Position numbers and translations under genes: made by a program. From Desulfatiglandales bacterium (GTDB lineage: Bacteria; Desulfobacterota; DSM-4660; Desulfatiglandales; HGW-15), in assembly GCA_963667015.2 (NCBI GenBank), contig CAXXJJ010000001.1:1280001-1344000 (forward strand): a DNA stretch of 64,000 nucleotides, in the 5' to 3' direction. The notes beneath the pieces were generated by a model. It did not search any database. It had not been told where the DNA came from and saw nothing but the letters and a program-made list of their open reading frames with translations. Below are positions 39,805 through 50,273 of the stretch, piece after piece. Numbering within the stretch: position 1 is the first letter of the stretch; every line of letters starts with the position of its first letter.

Positions 39805-41607
39805 TTATATACCCACAGAATTCAATGCATCCATGATCCCTTCAAACTCTGCGAAAACCTGTTTCTTATTAAAGTGTTTAACCTGTGCGGCACCGCTCGG
39901 GCAAAAACCCGAACAGCTTCCACACCCTTTGCATACAGCCTCATTGATTACCGATACACCCCTGAATTCATCAAATTCAATTGCAGAATAGGGGCACAGG
40001 CCGATACATACCTGACATCCGGAGCAGATATCAGGATCAATATATGAAATTGTGGACGGGACCTGTACAATTCCCCGTGTGGCAAGGGAAAGGGCCTTTG
40101 ATGCGGCCCCTGATGCCTGGGCCACGGTGTCCGGTATATCTTTGGGGGACTGACAGGCACCTGCTAGAAATACGCCGTCTGTAGCCGTATTCAGGGGCCC
40201 CAGCTTGGGATGTTCTTCAAGGAAAAACCCGTCTGCACCGATATTTACGCCAAAGACTCTGCCTACATCAACTGCATTCTCCCTGGCCTCCATGGCAACA
40301 CAGAGGATCACCATATCGACCGGCACACGTAAAGGGGCACCAAGCAGCGTATCCTCCGCAATGGCAATAAGCTTACCCTCCTCTTCAGGCACCACCGCCT
40401 GATCGGTAATTTCCGCCACCTTTCCTCTTATAAAATTAGTCCCTTCCTTCTGACACCTCTCGTAAAACTCTTCATAGCCCTTGCCGAAACAGCGCATATC
40501 AATATAAAAATCAAAAACCTCTGTGTCGTGCCCGATTTTTTCTTTTATAAGATGGGTATATTTCAGGGCATACATGCAGCAGACCCTCGAACAGTATTCA
40601 TGATAGTTCTTGTCACGGCTCCCAATACAGTGAAGGAGGGCGACACTTTTCGGTTTCCGGTTAAATTCACCGTTTTCATCCCTGATAAGAATCTGCCCGC
40701 CTGTGGGGCCGGTGGCATTACTTAATCGTTCAAATTCGAGGCTGGTATAAACATTTGGATATTCCCCATACCCGAATTGCTTTATGGGTGTGGGGTCCAG
40801 GACATCGTAACCTGTTGCCAGGATAATAGAACCGACCTTTACCTCAATAATCTCTTCTTCCTGATCAAAATCTATTGCGCCTGCCTCGCAGACATCCCGG
40901 CATATGCCGCAGTTTCCGGTATTAACATGGACACACGCCTCGGAATCGATCACCGCGGCAAGGGGAACTGCCTGGGGAAAGGGTATGTATATGGGTTTTC
41001 TCTCTTTAAGCTCCTCATCCCATTCCGAAAGAAGAGGCCTGGGTTCTCGTTTTGCTATCGCCAGGATATCGATGCATCCTGTAGGACAAACCGACTCACA
41101 TGCACCGCAGACCTGGCATACATCAGTGTTTATCTGGAAAGGGGTTTCAACCCTCATATCCGCCCCTCTACCGGCCAGGCTTATGGCGCTTACGCCCATT
41201 CTCTCTTCACACATACGGACACACAGGCCGCAGAGGATACAGGCACTGTCCCCGGGTCTGAATCTGGGTGTTTCAATGCCATATTTTTCGGCAAGCCCTT
41301 TTACAACAGGCACATCCGGACATCTGGCGAGAAGCAGTTCAACAATCAGTTTTCGTCCTTCGTGCACTGTGTCACTGTCAGTAGTTACCTCCATCCCTTC
41401 CCATATGGGGTAGTTGCATGCAGTAACAAAACGGATTTTGCGGCCATCGAAAAGTTCAACAGTACAAAGACGGCACATGCCTGCCGGTTCCAGCGCTTTA
41501 TGGTGACACAGGGTCGGGATCTGCACGCCGTATTTTTCCGCGACCTGAAGGATAGTCTGTCCTTCTTCTCCCTGGACTTCCTGGCCGTTAAGTTTGAAAT
41601 TGATCAT
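39805..41607 (-). CDS. Fusion: NuoG/HydA N-terminal Fe-S module + C-terminal part of HdrA
   Basis: aa 1-180 IPTLC..GMCRLC..TAC, CILCGLC, CQVCGAC; then RKPIYIPFPQAVP, ILATG, HCIGSRD, CSRVCC, GACQSPKDI, two C-terminal [4Fe-4S] motifs. Confidence 0.88.
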   Translation of the reverse strand: MINFKLNGQEVQGEEGQTILQVAEKYGVQIPTLCHHKALEPAGMCRLCTVELFDGRKIRFVTACNYPIWEGMEVTTDSDTVHEGRKLIVELLLARCPDVPVVKGLAEKYGIETPRFRPGDSACILCGLCVRMCEERMGVSAISLAGRGADMRVETPFQINTDVCQVCGACESVCPTGCIDILAIAKREPRPLLSEWDEELKERKPIYIPFPQAVPLAAVIDSEACVHVNTGNCGICRDVCEAGAIDFDQEEEIIEVKVGSIILATGYDVLDPTPIKQFGYGEYPNVYTSLEFERLSNATGPTGGQILIRDENGEFNRKPKSVALLHCIGSRDKNYHEYCSRVCCMYALKYTHLIKEKIGHDTEVFDFYIDMRCFGKGYEEFYERCQKEGTNFIRGKVAEITDQAVVPEEEGKLIAIAEDTLLGAPLRVPVDMVILCVAMEARENAVDVGRVFGVNIGADGFFLEEHPKLGPLNTATDGVFLAGACQSPKDIPDTVAQASGAASKALSLATRGIVQVPSTISYIDPDICSGCQVCIGLCPYSAIEFDEFRGVSVINEAVCKGCGSCSGFCPSGAAQVKHFNKKQVFAEFEGIMDALNSVGI

Positions 41608-41619
41608 GGGCTATACCTT

Positions 41620-43473
41620 TTATTTGATAACAATTGCGTTAAACCTGCAGTTTTCGTAACAGATGCCGCACTTAATACATTTGCTCTGATCCAGTTTATG
41701 GGGATTTTTCTTTTCACCTGTAATTGCTCCCTGTGGACATTGTTTTGCGCATAATGAACATCCTGTGCATGCCTTTTCATCAATCTTGTAATGGAAAAGG
41801 TTTTTACAGACACCGGCAGGACACTTTTTGTCCCTGATGTGTGCTTCATACTCATCACGGAAATACTTTATGGTCGTCAACACCGGATTGGGTGCAGAGG
41901 TTCCCAGTCCGCACAGGGAAAATTTCCTGATCATGCCGGCCAGCTCTTCAAGGAGTTCAATATCCCCTTCCTTGCCGTTGCCTTCACAGATGTTATTGAG
42001 TATCTCCAGCGATCTCTTGATGCCCTCCCTGCAGGGGTTGCACTGACCACAGGATTCATCCTTCAGGAAATCCAGAAAATAGCGGGCCACATCAACCATG
42101 CAGGTGTCCTGGTCCATGACGATCATACCGCCGGAACCCATAATGGACCCCACCTTTGCCAGCTCATCAAAGTCCACGCCAAGGTCCAGGTACTCCTCCG
42201 GGATGCAGCCACCTGAAGGTCCCCCCGTCTGAACCGCCTTAAATCTCTTTTTTTTGGGGATGCCTCCTCCAATATCATAGATAATTGTTCGGAGGGTTGT
42301 GCCCATTGGGACTTCCACAAGACCTGTATTGACAACCTTTCCCACGAGGGAGAAAATCTTGGTGCCCTTACTGTTTTCCGTGCCTGTGGAAGCGAACCAG
42401 TCTGCTCCTTTGTTGATAATGATTGGAACATTGGCCCAGGTTTCCACATTGTTCAGATTGGAAGGGCCCTGCCGGAACCCTTTTTCAACCGTGTGGATGT
42501 ATTTTGCCCTGGGTCTGCCCGGTTGTCCCTCCAGAGAGGCCATCAGGGCTGTTGATTCGCCGCATACAAAGGCCCCGCCTCCGCGGCTGATACGGATATC
42601 AAAATCAAAACCCGAGCCTAGGATATTCTTTCCCAGGAGGCCCAGTTCATTTGCTTTCCGGAGGGCAATGTTCAGGTTTTTTACTGCCAGAGGATATTCA
42701 TGCCGCACGTATACATATCCCTCGTGGGAACCTATGGCTATGGCGCCTATGATCATGCCCTCGATGATACTGTGAGGATTTCCCTCCAGAAGACTTCGGT
42801 CCATGTAGGCGCCCGGATCTCCTTCGTCAGCATTACAGATCACGTATCTGTTTCCTTTATGACTGCGGCATGACTCCCACTTGATACCTGTGGGAAATCC
42901 TCCGCCGCCGCGCCCCCTCAACCCGGATTTTTTTACCTGGTCGATGATATCCCCGGGTGTCATATCCAGCAGTGCTTTTTCAAGTGCCCTGTAACCGCCT
43001 GCCCCGATATAGTCCTCTATGCTGGTGGGGTCTATCATTCCGTTGTTTCCGAAAACCATCCTCTGCTGCAGTTTATAAAAGGGGATATCCCGCTCCCGGG
43101 TGATCTTCTCTTTAGTAGCCGGATCTTTGAAAACAAGGCTCTCGACCAGCTTCCCGTTTTTAATTGTTTTTTCAACGATGTCGGGGATGTGTTTCTCCTG
43201 GAGCTGCGGATAAAAAATGCCTTCAGGGTGGATGACCATGATCGGCCCTTTTTCGCAGAAACCGTGGCAACCGGTCAGCTTGACTTCTACCCTGTCCTGG
43301 AGACCTTGCCTGCCAAGTTCTTCCATGAGTGCCTTATGAACCTTTGATGTACCGTAAGCCGCACAGCCGGAACCGGCACAGAGTGAAACAAGCTTTTTAC
43401 TGCTATCAGGACTCTTTTTTTGAAACGATTTTCTCAGTTCCGAAAGCGCTTCTCGATTGTCCAGTCGTATCAT
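41620..43473 (-). CDS. nuoF: NuoF/HydB-like NADH-binding flavoprotein
   Basis: N-terminal 2Fe-2S (CAGSGC, GCHGFC), [41 protein letters not shown]-terminal 2x[4Fe-4S]. Confidence 0.9.
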   Translation of the reverse strand: MIRLDNREALSELRKSFQKKSPDSSKKLVSLCAGSGCAAYGTSKVHKALMEELGRQGLQDRVEVKLTGCHGFCEKGPIMVIHPEGIFYPQLQEKHIPDIVEKTIKNGKLVESLVFKDPATKEKITRERDIPFYKLQQRMVFGNNGMIDPTSIEDYIGAGGYRALEKALLDMTPGDIIDQVKKSGLRGRGGGGFPTGIKWESCRSHKGNRYVICNADEGDPGAYMDRSLLEGNPHSIIEGMIIGAIAIGSHEGYVYVRHEYPLAVKNLNIALRKANELGLLGKNILGSGFDFDIRISRGGGAFVCGESTALMASLEGQPGRPRAKYIHTVEKGFRQGPSNLNNVETWANVPIIINKGADWFASTGTENSKGTKIFSLVGKVVNTGLVEVPMGTTLRTIIYDIGGGIPKKKRFKAVQTGGPSGGCIPEEYLDLGVDFDELAKVGSIMGSGGMIVMDQDTCMVDVARYFLDFLKDESCGQCNPCREGIKRSLEILNNICEGNGKEGDIELLEELAGMIRKFSLCGLGTSAPNPVLTTIKYFRDEYEAHIRDKKCPAGVCKNLFHYKIDEKACTGCSLCAKQCPQGAITGEKKNPHKLDQSKCIKCGICYENCRFNAIVIK

Positions 43474-43505
43474 GTAATTATAAAACCTCCGTTGCCCCCG
43501 GTCAG

Positions 43506-44033
43506 TTAAGGGATATCTTTCTCGTGATCTTCAATAACTTTTAGAGCCCTGGAACGGTCGAGACCGCCGTAAGTTTCCTGATTTACCGTAATAACAGGTC
43601 CGGAGGCGCAGCACCCGACACAACGAACCGCCTCCAGGGAAAAGAGACTATCGTTGGTTGTTTGCCCCTCTCTGATCTTCAACTTTTCCCGGAGCGCGTC
43701 CATGATCCTGTCCGCGCCTCTAACATGGCAGGCGGTTCCTGTACATACGTTGATAATGTATTTTCCCCGCGGCTCCAGGCTGATGGTTTTATAAAATGTC
43801 GCCACACTGTAGATCAGGCTTTTTTTGATACCTAACCTGTCTTCCAGAACAGGAATAACCTCGGGGGGGACATAGTTATATATATCGCTGATGTCCTGCA
43901 TGATCATAAGCAGTGACTCATGATCCGCGTTATACCTGTCAATAATTGCATCTATCTTCTGCAGATCAATGTGAACCTTTTGTTTTGCTGCATTTACTTC
44001 CTTATTAACTGTATTATCCTGTGCCTCAACCAT
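43506..44033 (-). CDS. nuoE: NuoE/HydC-like [2Fe-2S] subunit
   Basis: [26 protein letters not shown]. Confidence 0.9.
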   Translation of the reverse strand: MVEAQDNTVNKEVNAAKQKVHIDLQKIDAIIDRYNADHESLLMIMQDISDIYNYVPPEVIPVLEDRLGIKKSLIYSVATFYKTISLEPRGKYIINVCTGTACHVRGADRIMDALREKLKIREGQTTNDSLFSLEAVRCVGCCASGPVITVNQETYGGLDRSRALKVIEDHEKDIP

Positions 44034-44034
44034 T

Positions 44035-44868
44035 TTATTCTCCTTTACCGATCCCGGTCTGTTCCATCGCCTTCTCTTCAGGAGTATAGAGCCTGTACCG
44101 GACAGGGCAGGCCTTTGTGCACTCTCCGCAACCCGTGCACTTGTTCACATCCACATAACGCTTCTTTTTTTTGATCTTTACAGTGTAGTTTCCTATGTAC
44201 CCTGAGACCTCAACAACTTCGCAGTAGGTCATAAGCTTAATGTTGGGATGCTGACCCACGTCAACCATTTTGGGTGTTCCGATACAGGCCGCACAATCAA
44301 GCGTGGGAAAGGTTTTATCAAACTGAAGCATATGACCGCCAATTGTAGGGTCCTTTTCAACCAGGTACACCTTGTGGCCTGAACTGCCGATATCCAGTGC
44401 CGCCTGCATGCCTGCGATGCCTCCTCCCACCACCAGGACATCGGGATGAACATTCACTTCACGGGTTTCAAGGCTGTGATGGTAATTGACACGATTTATG
44501 GCCCCGGCCGCCAGGGTCTTGGCCTTCCGGGTTGCTTCATCCTCATCCTCGGTTACCCATGAAACCTGTTCACGTACAGAGGCCATCTGGAACATATAGG
44601 GGTTAAGTCCGGCACGTTCACATGCGCCCCGGAATGTCTTTTCGTGCAGTCTCGGAGAACAGGATGCCACCACCACCCGGTTTAAACCGTACTCCTTTAT
44701 ATCCTTTTCTATCATTTCCTGTCCTGGATCCGAACACATGAACCGGTAATCTCTGCTTACCACGACATTTGGAAGTTTTCGGGCAAAGTCTGCGACTTCT
44801 TTTACCCTCACCTTATAAGAGATATTTATTCCACAGTGGCAAATATAGAAGCCTATTTTGATCGTCAT
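44035..44868 (-). CDS. hdrA: HdrA N-terminal part (ends inside the ferredoxin insert)
   Basis: FYICHCGINI, MCSDPGQ, CSPRLHE, VVGGGIAG, DKTFPTLDCAAC, CTGCGECTKACP then short tail and TAA. Confidence 0.88.
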   Translation of the reverse strand: MTIKIGFYICHCGINISYKVRVKEVADFARKLPNVVVSRDYRFMCSDPGQEMIEKDIKEYGLNRVVVASCSPRLHEKTFRGACERAGLNPYMFQMASVREQVSWVTEDEDEATRKAKTLAAGAINRVNYHHSLETREVNVHPDVLVVGGGIAGMQAALDIGSSGHKVYLVEKDPTIGGHMLQFDKTFPTLDCAACIGTPKMVDVGQHPNIKLMTYCEVVEVSGYIGNYTVKIKKKKRYVDVNKCTGCGECTKACPVRYRLYTPEEKAMEQTGIGKGE

Positions 44869-44898
44869 GAATTCTCTCCCGCCTGGAGCTATATATTA

Positions 44899-45150
44899 TT
44901 AGATGTCCTTCTTTTTTTTCATTCGAACTCTGAACAGGGAATCTTCCTCTTCCAGTTCTTCGACCAGGACCAGTTCATATGAGAGTGGTGGCAGTACCTT
45001 AAAAAGATCAGTTCGGGTTTCAATGTCTCCGCACAGTATTTCAATTGTTTCTTTTTTTTTCATTGCCCGGAAGGCCTGGCTCACCTTTAGCAGGCTGATT
45101 GGTGGAATAGAGCTCCTTATATCAAGAATATGATCCGGCTTTTTGTCCAA
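44899..45150 (-). CDS. TusA/SirA-like small protein lacking the CPxP cysteine
   Basis: LDIRSSIPPISLLK...ETIEILCGD...DL pattern and size of the TusA fold; TTG start. Confidence 0.55.
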   Translation of the reverse strand: MDKKPDHILDIRSSIPPISLLKVSQAFRAMKKKETIEILCGDIETRTDLFKVLPPLSYELVLVEELEEEDSLFRVRMKKKKDI

Positions 45151-45289
45151 ATCGTTTTTCCCTTTCTATGTGGGCCAGGTGAACAGGGCCTTGTTTTCTG
45201 AATCCTGCAGTACCTGATATTCTTATTCTTAATACTTCGAAGTTTGTCTCGAGGTCATTTGTGTTAAATGCTATTACCAAGACTTATAA

Positions 45290-45305
45290 AGCAAATTAAA
45301 TGCCA
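45290..45305 (-). promoter_or_regulatory. sigma54 (-24/-12) promoter of the hdr/nuo operon
   Basis: Minus strand TGGCATTTAATTTGCT; divergent sigma54 activator adjacent. Confidence 0.8.
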
Positions 45306-45534
45306 GTTTAACGGTCCATCACCCGAAAATGATTATGGGTTTATCTGATTTTTTATTTTATCCGAATTTATGAGGCCTGTTTTCTGTTGCTTCTTACAGT
45401 TGACATATCTTTAAGTATTTGAAAATATCAGTTAAATAAATATTGTCCTGTAGAATTGCGGATAAGATATTTATATTCTGCATGCCGGATAAATTGATTT
45501 ATTAATTGCCTGCGAACGGCGGTTAATTTCTTGA

Positions 45535-45615
45535 TTGTTAAAAGTGTTAAACTTTAGCTTGATTAATCACTTAACAGTGTTAAAATTTTAATTTAACAAG
45601 TGTTTAATTTTAACA
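45535..45615. promoter_or_regulatory. Clustered TGTTAA/TTAACA half-sites, putative activator binding sites (UAS)
   Basis: About seven TGTTAA/TTAACA-like hexamers in 80 bp, some arranged as palindromes. Confidence 0.5.
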
Positions 45616-45627
45616 GGGGTATACCTG

Positions 45628-47016
45628 ATGATTGATCAGGAATTAAGCAGTTACTGGAAAAAGGTAGTCGATACCATAAAAGATGGAGTGATGATTGTAG
45701 ATAAAGGCGGAATCATCGTTTCCGTTAACAAGGCTATGGAAGAAATCACCGGTTATTCCAAAGACGAGATGTTAGGTAAATCCTGTGACATATTGAAGTG
45801 TAATATCTTTGAACATGCCCGTTTAAATAAGGGTGATCACTGGTGTGTTTTATTTAAAACCGGGGTCATGAATATGAGAAGGTGCACCTTTATTAACAGG
45901 GATGGTGAGTTCATACATGTTTTAAAAAACGCAACCCTTCTCCATGATTCGGAAGGTCAGGTTATTGGAGCAGTCGAAACAGTTACCGACATCAGTGAGA
46001 TTCTGGAAAAAGATTCCCAGATAGCCGCATTCCGCCAGGAGTTGCGGGCAGAAAACGGCTTTCATGGGATTTTGGGTGTTTCAGGGGCCATGCTGAGGGT
46101 ATTTGATTTGATTACGAATGCAGCAGAATCACAGGCACCCGTAATCATTTTCGGTGAGAGTGGAACAGGCAAGGACCTTGTTGCCAGGGCAATACATGAA
46201 ACGGGCTTACGCAAAACAAAACCCTATATAAAGGTAAATTGTGCAGCCTTAAACGAAGCCCTTCTGGAAAGTGAGATTTTCGGACATGTTAAAGGTGCAT
46301 TTACTGGGGCATATAAGGACAGGATAGGCAGGTTTGAGGCAGCCCAGAGCGGCAGTATTTTCCTTGACGAGATTGGTGACCTGCCTGTTTCAACACAGGT
46401 TAAACTGCTTCGGGTTTTAGAGGATAAGGTGATTGAGCGTGTTGGTGATAACGCCCCTGTTCATATTGATGTAAGGTTGATATCAGCTACCAACAGAGAT
46501 CTGAAAAGGCTTGTAGACGATGGTTATTTCCGCGAAGACCTCTTCTATAGAATAAATGTTATACCAATTAATATACCCCCCCTTAGAGATCGTGTCGATG
46601 ATATTCCTATTCTGGCAGAATCTTTCTTCAGAAGAATACAGCTTAAAACAGAAAAAAAGATCCAGGGTATCAGTGATGATGCCATGAGACTGTTAATGGA
46701 ATATTCATGGCCGGGGAATGTAAGAGAGCTTAGAAACGCCTTTGAGTTCGCCTTTGTAACCTGCCAGGATGCCTTAATCCAGCCTTACCATTTCCCCCTC
46801 AATATCTACAGTCCGAAAAAGAGATTTTATAAGGCATCTCCTGGTAATTCTGTTGATAAAAAAGATTTAAAAAAACGGGAGCTTATTAAAGCCCTTGTAG
46901 ACTCGGAAGGCAATCAGTCAAAGGCGGCAGAGCTTCTAGGTGTTACCAGGGTAACGATCTGGAATAGAATGAAAAAATATAATATTAAGTTTAACCGGGG
47001 ACGGTTGGAATATTGA
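45628..47016 (+). CDS. PAS-domain sigma54-dependent transcriptional activator
   Basis: PAS, GESGTGKD, GAFTGA, FLDEIG, WPGNVREL, C-terminal Fis HTH. Confidence 0.93.
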   Translation: MIDQELSSYWKKVVDTIKDGVMIVDKGGIIVSVNKAMEEITGYSKDEMLGKSCDILKCNIFEHARLNKGDHWCVLFKTGVMNMRRCTFINRDGEFIHVLKNATLLHDSEGQVIGAVETVTDISEILEKDSQIAAFRQELRAENGFHGILGVSGAMLRVFDLITNAAESQAPVIIFGESGTGKDLVARAIHETGLRKTKPYIKVNCAALNEALLESEIFGHVKGAFTGAYKDRIGRFEAAQSGSIFLDEIGDLPVSTQVKLLRVLEDKVIERVGDNAPVHIDVRLISATNRDLKRLVDDGYFREDLFYRINVIPINIPPLRDRVDDIPILAESFFRRIQLKTEKKIQGISDDAMRLLMEYSWPGNVRELRNAFEFAFVTCQDALIQPYHFPLNIYSPKKRFYKASPGNSVDKKDLKKRELIKALVDSEGNQSKAAELLGVTRVTIWNRMKKYNIKFNRGRLEY

Positions 47017-47017
47017 T

Positions 47018-48589
47018 CTAAGCCTGTGTTATTGGCAACATTATTTTAAAAACAGTTCCTCCATTCAGGGGGCTTTCAGCCTTTATCATTCCTTTATGAC
47101 GTTCTAAAATACCATAAACGGTCGACAGGCCAAGGCCAACCCCATAGCCTTCTTCCTTGGTGGTAAAAAAGGGTTCAAAGATATAGGGAAGGTCTTCTTC
47201 AGAGATTCCATTCCCGGTATCTCTAACAATGATCCTGATTGATTTTTCGGATGGATCGTGTTCCGCAGAAAGAGTGAGGGTTCCTCCATCAGGCATTGCA
47301 TCAATTGCATTGAAAATAAGGTTGATGATACATTGCTCCAACTGGTTAAAGTCGCCTTCGATTGAGGGAATGGCCGGCTGAATATCGGTCTCAAGCTTAA
47401 TATTTTGCAGCACAAGCTTATGATGGCTCAGGACAACACATTTATTAATTAGATCTCCTACAGATATTTCTTCAAAGGCGATCGGTGATTTACGGGAAAA
47501 GGTAAGCAGGTTTGAAACAATTTTTGAACAGCGGTCTGTTTCATTTTCAACAACCTCCAGGTACTCACTGAATTTTTCTCTTTGATCTTCTGCGATCGGC
47601 CCGCGGTTAACAATGCGTATCATCAGCCGGAGATAATTAAGAATACCTGAAAGTGGATTGTTAATTTCATGAACAACACTGGCCGCCAGTCTCCCCATGG
47701 ACATCATCTTATCCTGATGAAGGATGCGGGCCTGGTTGGAGAGGTCATACTCAAGTTTGCGGAGTTCCCTGAGATCCCTGAAGAAAAAGACAGAACCTTC
47801 GATTTTATCATGATCAAAAAAACTGGTCCCTGACACCTGCACCGGGATTTTTCTGCCGGAACTGTCCAGAAGAGACGTCTCATAAAAATTAAGACGATTG
47901 GCGCCGCCGAACTTTTCACCTTCAAGAGCGGCTTTGAGCGAGATTTCATCGTCCCGGGTCAGGAATTGGGAAAGCGTCATTTTATGCAGGACATCCTCTT
48001 TGGTGCAGGAGAGCATATGTTCCATGCTTTTATTAAAGGTCGCTATTTCACCTTTCTCATTGTGGGCGAGAATTCCATCCATGGAGCTTTCTATAAGGTT
48101 CTTTTGAAAGGCAAATGTTTTTATAAGTTCCTGATGGGTCTCGGCCTTTTCTTTTTCCAGGAGCGCAGTATATTCTGCGAGCTGTTTCCTGGCCAGGTAG
48201 CGTTCTTTAGCCCTGTTTACAGCAAGATGTAATTCTTTCGTATTGATGGGCTTGGTGATAAAATCCGAGGCATCAAGTTGAAGGGCGCGTATGGCTATAT
48301 CGATTTCGCCGAAGGCGGTCGCCACAATAACTTCGATCTCCGGAGAGTTCTTTTTTAAGGATTCTAAAACCTGAAGCCCGTCCATAACGGGCATTCGAAT
48401 GTCTGTAATGACAATCTGGGGAGATTTTTCTACGCAAACCCTTAAGCCGCTCGCACCATCTCGAGCAACAGAGATATGATGGGAGAGGTCCTTCAATGCC
48501 AGGGAAAGGATATCCAGTATATCCTCCTCATCATCTATGATTACAATTTCCCATTCAGTGACTGCAGTCATACCGGATTGCCCGAACAT
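47018..48589 (-). CDS. REC-PAS-histidine kinase
   Basis: IIDDE, DIRMP, PAS, VHEINNP, NAIDA, DTGNGI, GVGLGL. Confidence 0.88.
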   Translation of the reverse strand: MFGQSGMTAVTEWEIVIIDDEEDILDILSLALKDLSHHISVARDGASGLRVCVEKSPQIVITDIRMPVMDGLQVLESLKKNSPEIEVIVATAFGEIDIAIRALQLDASDFITKPINTKELHLAVNRAKERYLARKQLAEYTALLEKEKAETHQELIKTFAFQKNLIESSMDGILAHNEKGEIATFNKSMEHMLSCTKEDVLHKMTLSQFLTRDDEISLKAALEGEKFGGANRLNFYETSLLDSSGRKIPVQVSGTSFFDHDKIEGSVFFFRDLRELRKLEYDLSNQARILHQDKMMSMGRLAASVVHEINNPLSGILNYLRLMIRIVNRGPIAEDQREKFSEYLEVVENETDRCSKIVSNLLTFSRKSPIAFEEISVGDLINKCVVLSHHKLVLQNIKLETDIQPAIPSIEGDFNQLEQCIINLIFNAIDAMPDGGTLTLSAEHDPSEKSIRIIVRDTGNGISEEDLPYIFEPFFTTKEEGYGVGLGLSTVYGILERHKGMIKAESPLNGGTVFKIMLPITQA

Positions 48590-48638
48590 TTAAGAAGGTT
48601 TTTTATGGGACTTTTAAGTGATTTACAAAAAGGTGTTA

Positions 48639-48989
48639 CTATCCGATTGCATCTTTTACTATTCCAAGAAGCTTTTCAGGATCAAAGGGCTTGTTAACAT
48701 AGCCAACGGCGTTCCTGATGGCGTGATCGCCATCGATCCCCGTCACAACAATCACAGGAGTATCTTTTACTTCCTCATGCTTTCTGAGCTTCCGGTAGAA
48801 TCTTGGCCCCCACTCTTCAGGCATTTCAAGATCGAGTGTTATCAAGTCAGGTTTTTCCCTGAGAAGAATCTCTAATCCTTTAACACCGTTTTCAGCGGAG
48901 CAGGTCTCATAACCGTTTTCCTGAAAGAGATCTGTGAGATAGTCTACAATAATGGGATCATCATCAATAACCAAGATTTTTTTAGCCAT
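48639..48989 (-). CDS. Single-domain response regulator
   Basis: ILVIDDD, TLDLEMP, VTG, NKP. Confidence 0.9.
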   Translation of the reverse strand: MAKKILVIDDDPIIVDYLTDLFQENGYETCSAENGVKGLEILLREKPDLITLDLEMPEEWGPRFYRKLRKHEEVKDTPVIVVTGIDGDHAIRNAVGYVNKPFDPEKLLGIVKDAIG

Positions 48990-49449
48990 AATAATATCTC
49001 TCTTTTATGGTTGGTGGTGGACACTGGTAAAAGACATTATTTTTATTCGAGAGAGCTTCTTTGCTATGTTATTAAAGTAGTTACGAAAAAACAATAGAGA
49101 AATACAGGAAGTGAGTCAAGTAGAAATAAGGAACTCCCTGTCATCACTGTCCCTTCTTGACTGAGGAGTAACATGTATCCCCAGTATATAAATATTTCTT
49201 TTTTAACCGCAACATATAGTTGTATTGTTGACAATACCCCAATATTTTGATATTTTTGCCAAAATTTTCGTTAATAACTTAAAGGCATTATTATAGAAAT
49301 ATCCGGATAAAAATCAGACTTTCCCCCTTTTCAACATCGCTTGAGCATTGTGTGAGGTAATTTCGATTTTAAATACATGAAGGCGGCTTGTCACCGAATT
49401 AAAGCGTTGTTTAAGTAAATCCTTAATTTCATAAATATACGATAAAAAT

Positions 49450-50103
49450 ATGAATAACATATCCAGAAGAAATATATTCACTGCAAATCAAATGCAAATC
49501 CTGGTATTACTGGGCATGCTCCAGTTCATGTTTATAACCCAGATTAATATTTCCAGTAATTTCTGTGTGCAGAAAAAATCCAAACCGAACAATACTCCTG
49601 TATCGCTTCAGTCGAAACCGGCGCCACCGGAAGTGGAAGAAGAATTAAATGTGTTTCCCTATCAAATTAAAAAAGCTGAACCTCAATACAACCAGATAAT
49701 ACTTGAAGCTGCCAATACTCATAATGTTGATTTAAATATGATAAAGGCTATTATCATGGCTGAGTCAGGTTATAACGGGATATCAGTTTCTAAGAAAGGC
49801 GCTGGAGGGCTAATGCAGCTTATGCCTGAGACTGCAAAATCATTGGGAGTGGAAAATCTTTTAAATCCCGAGGAAAATATCCATGCAGGGGTCAGGTATT
49901 ATAAATCGCTGTTGAATCGATTAAATGGTGATGAAAAGCTGGCACTCGCAGCCTATAACGCGGGAATAACAAATGTAAGAAGGTATGAAGGTGTTCCGCC
50001 TTTTAAGGAGACCCGGCGATATATCGAGAAAGTTTTGGAATACCAGCGTTTCTATAGATATGGCCCTGCATCGAAAAAGAATATTGTCCTGTTATGTCAA
50101 TAA
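49450..50103 (+). CDS. Lytic transglycosylase (SLT domain)
   Basis: IMAESG, SKKGAGGLMQLMP, ALAAYNAG, PPFKETRRY. Confidence 0.9.
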   Translation: MNNISRRNIFTANQMQILVLLGMLQFMFITQINISSNFCVQKKSKPNNTPVSLQSKPAPPEVEEELNVFPYQIKKAEPQYNQIILEAANTHNVDLNMIKAIIMAESGYNGISVSKKGAGGLMQLMPETAKSLGVENLLNPEENIHAGVRYYKSLLNRLNGDEKLALAAYNAGITNVRRYEGVPPFKETRRYIEKVLEYQRFYRYGPASKKNIVLLCQ

Positions 50104-50225
50104 GTATCAAATATTCACCCCATTTTGTCATCCCAAACTGCCCGTCATTTCTCCGAATATTAATATAGCTGAAAGCCTTGAGTCTTTCGAACTACCTCGA
50201 TAGCCTGAGTATATCGTTGGGCAAA

Positions 50226-50265
50226 TAAAAAGGGTATTCTCTCAATAAAGAGAATACCCTTTTTT
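50226..50265. terminator. Bidirectional terminator between slt and tRNA-Asn
   Basis: AAAAAGGGTATTCTCT-loop-AGAGAATACCCTTTTTT. Confidence 0.8.
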
Positions 50266-50273
50266 GTATCGAA

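Noticed and set aside
44035..44868. Possible Sec read-through or pseudogene explanation for the short hdrA
   Set aside because: The stop is TAA, nuoE starts 1 nt later, and the missing HdrA part is present in 39805-41607.
49175..49235. NrdR-box-like motifs (CAACATATAGTTG and neighbours)
   Set aside because: Weak match in AT-rich DNA and no ribonucleotide reductase gene nearby.
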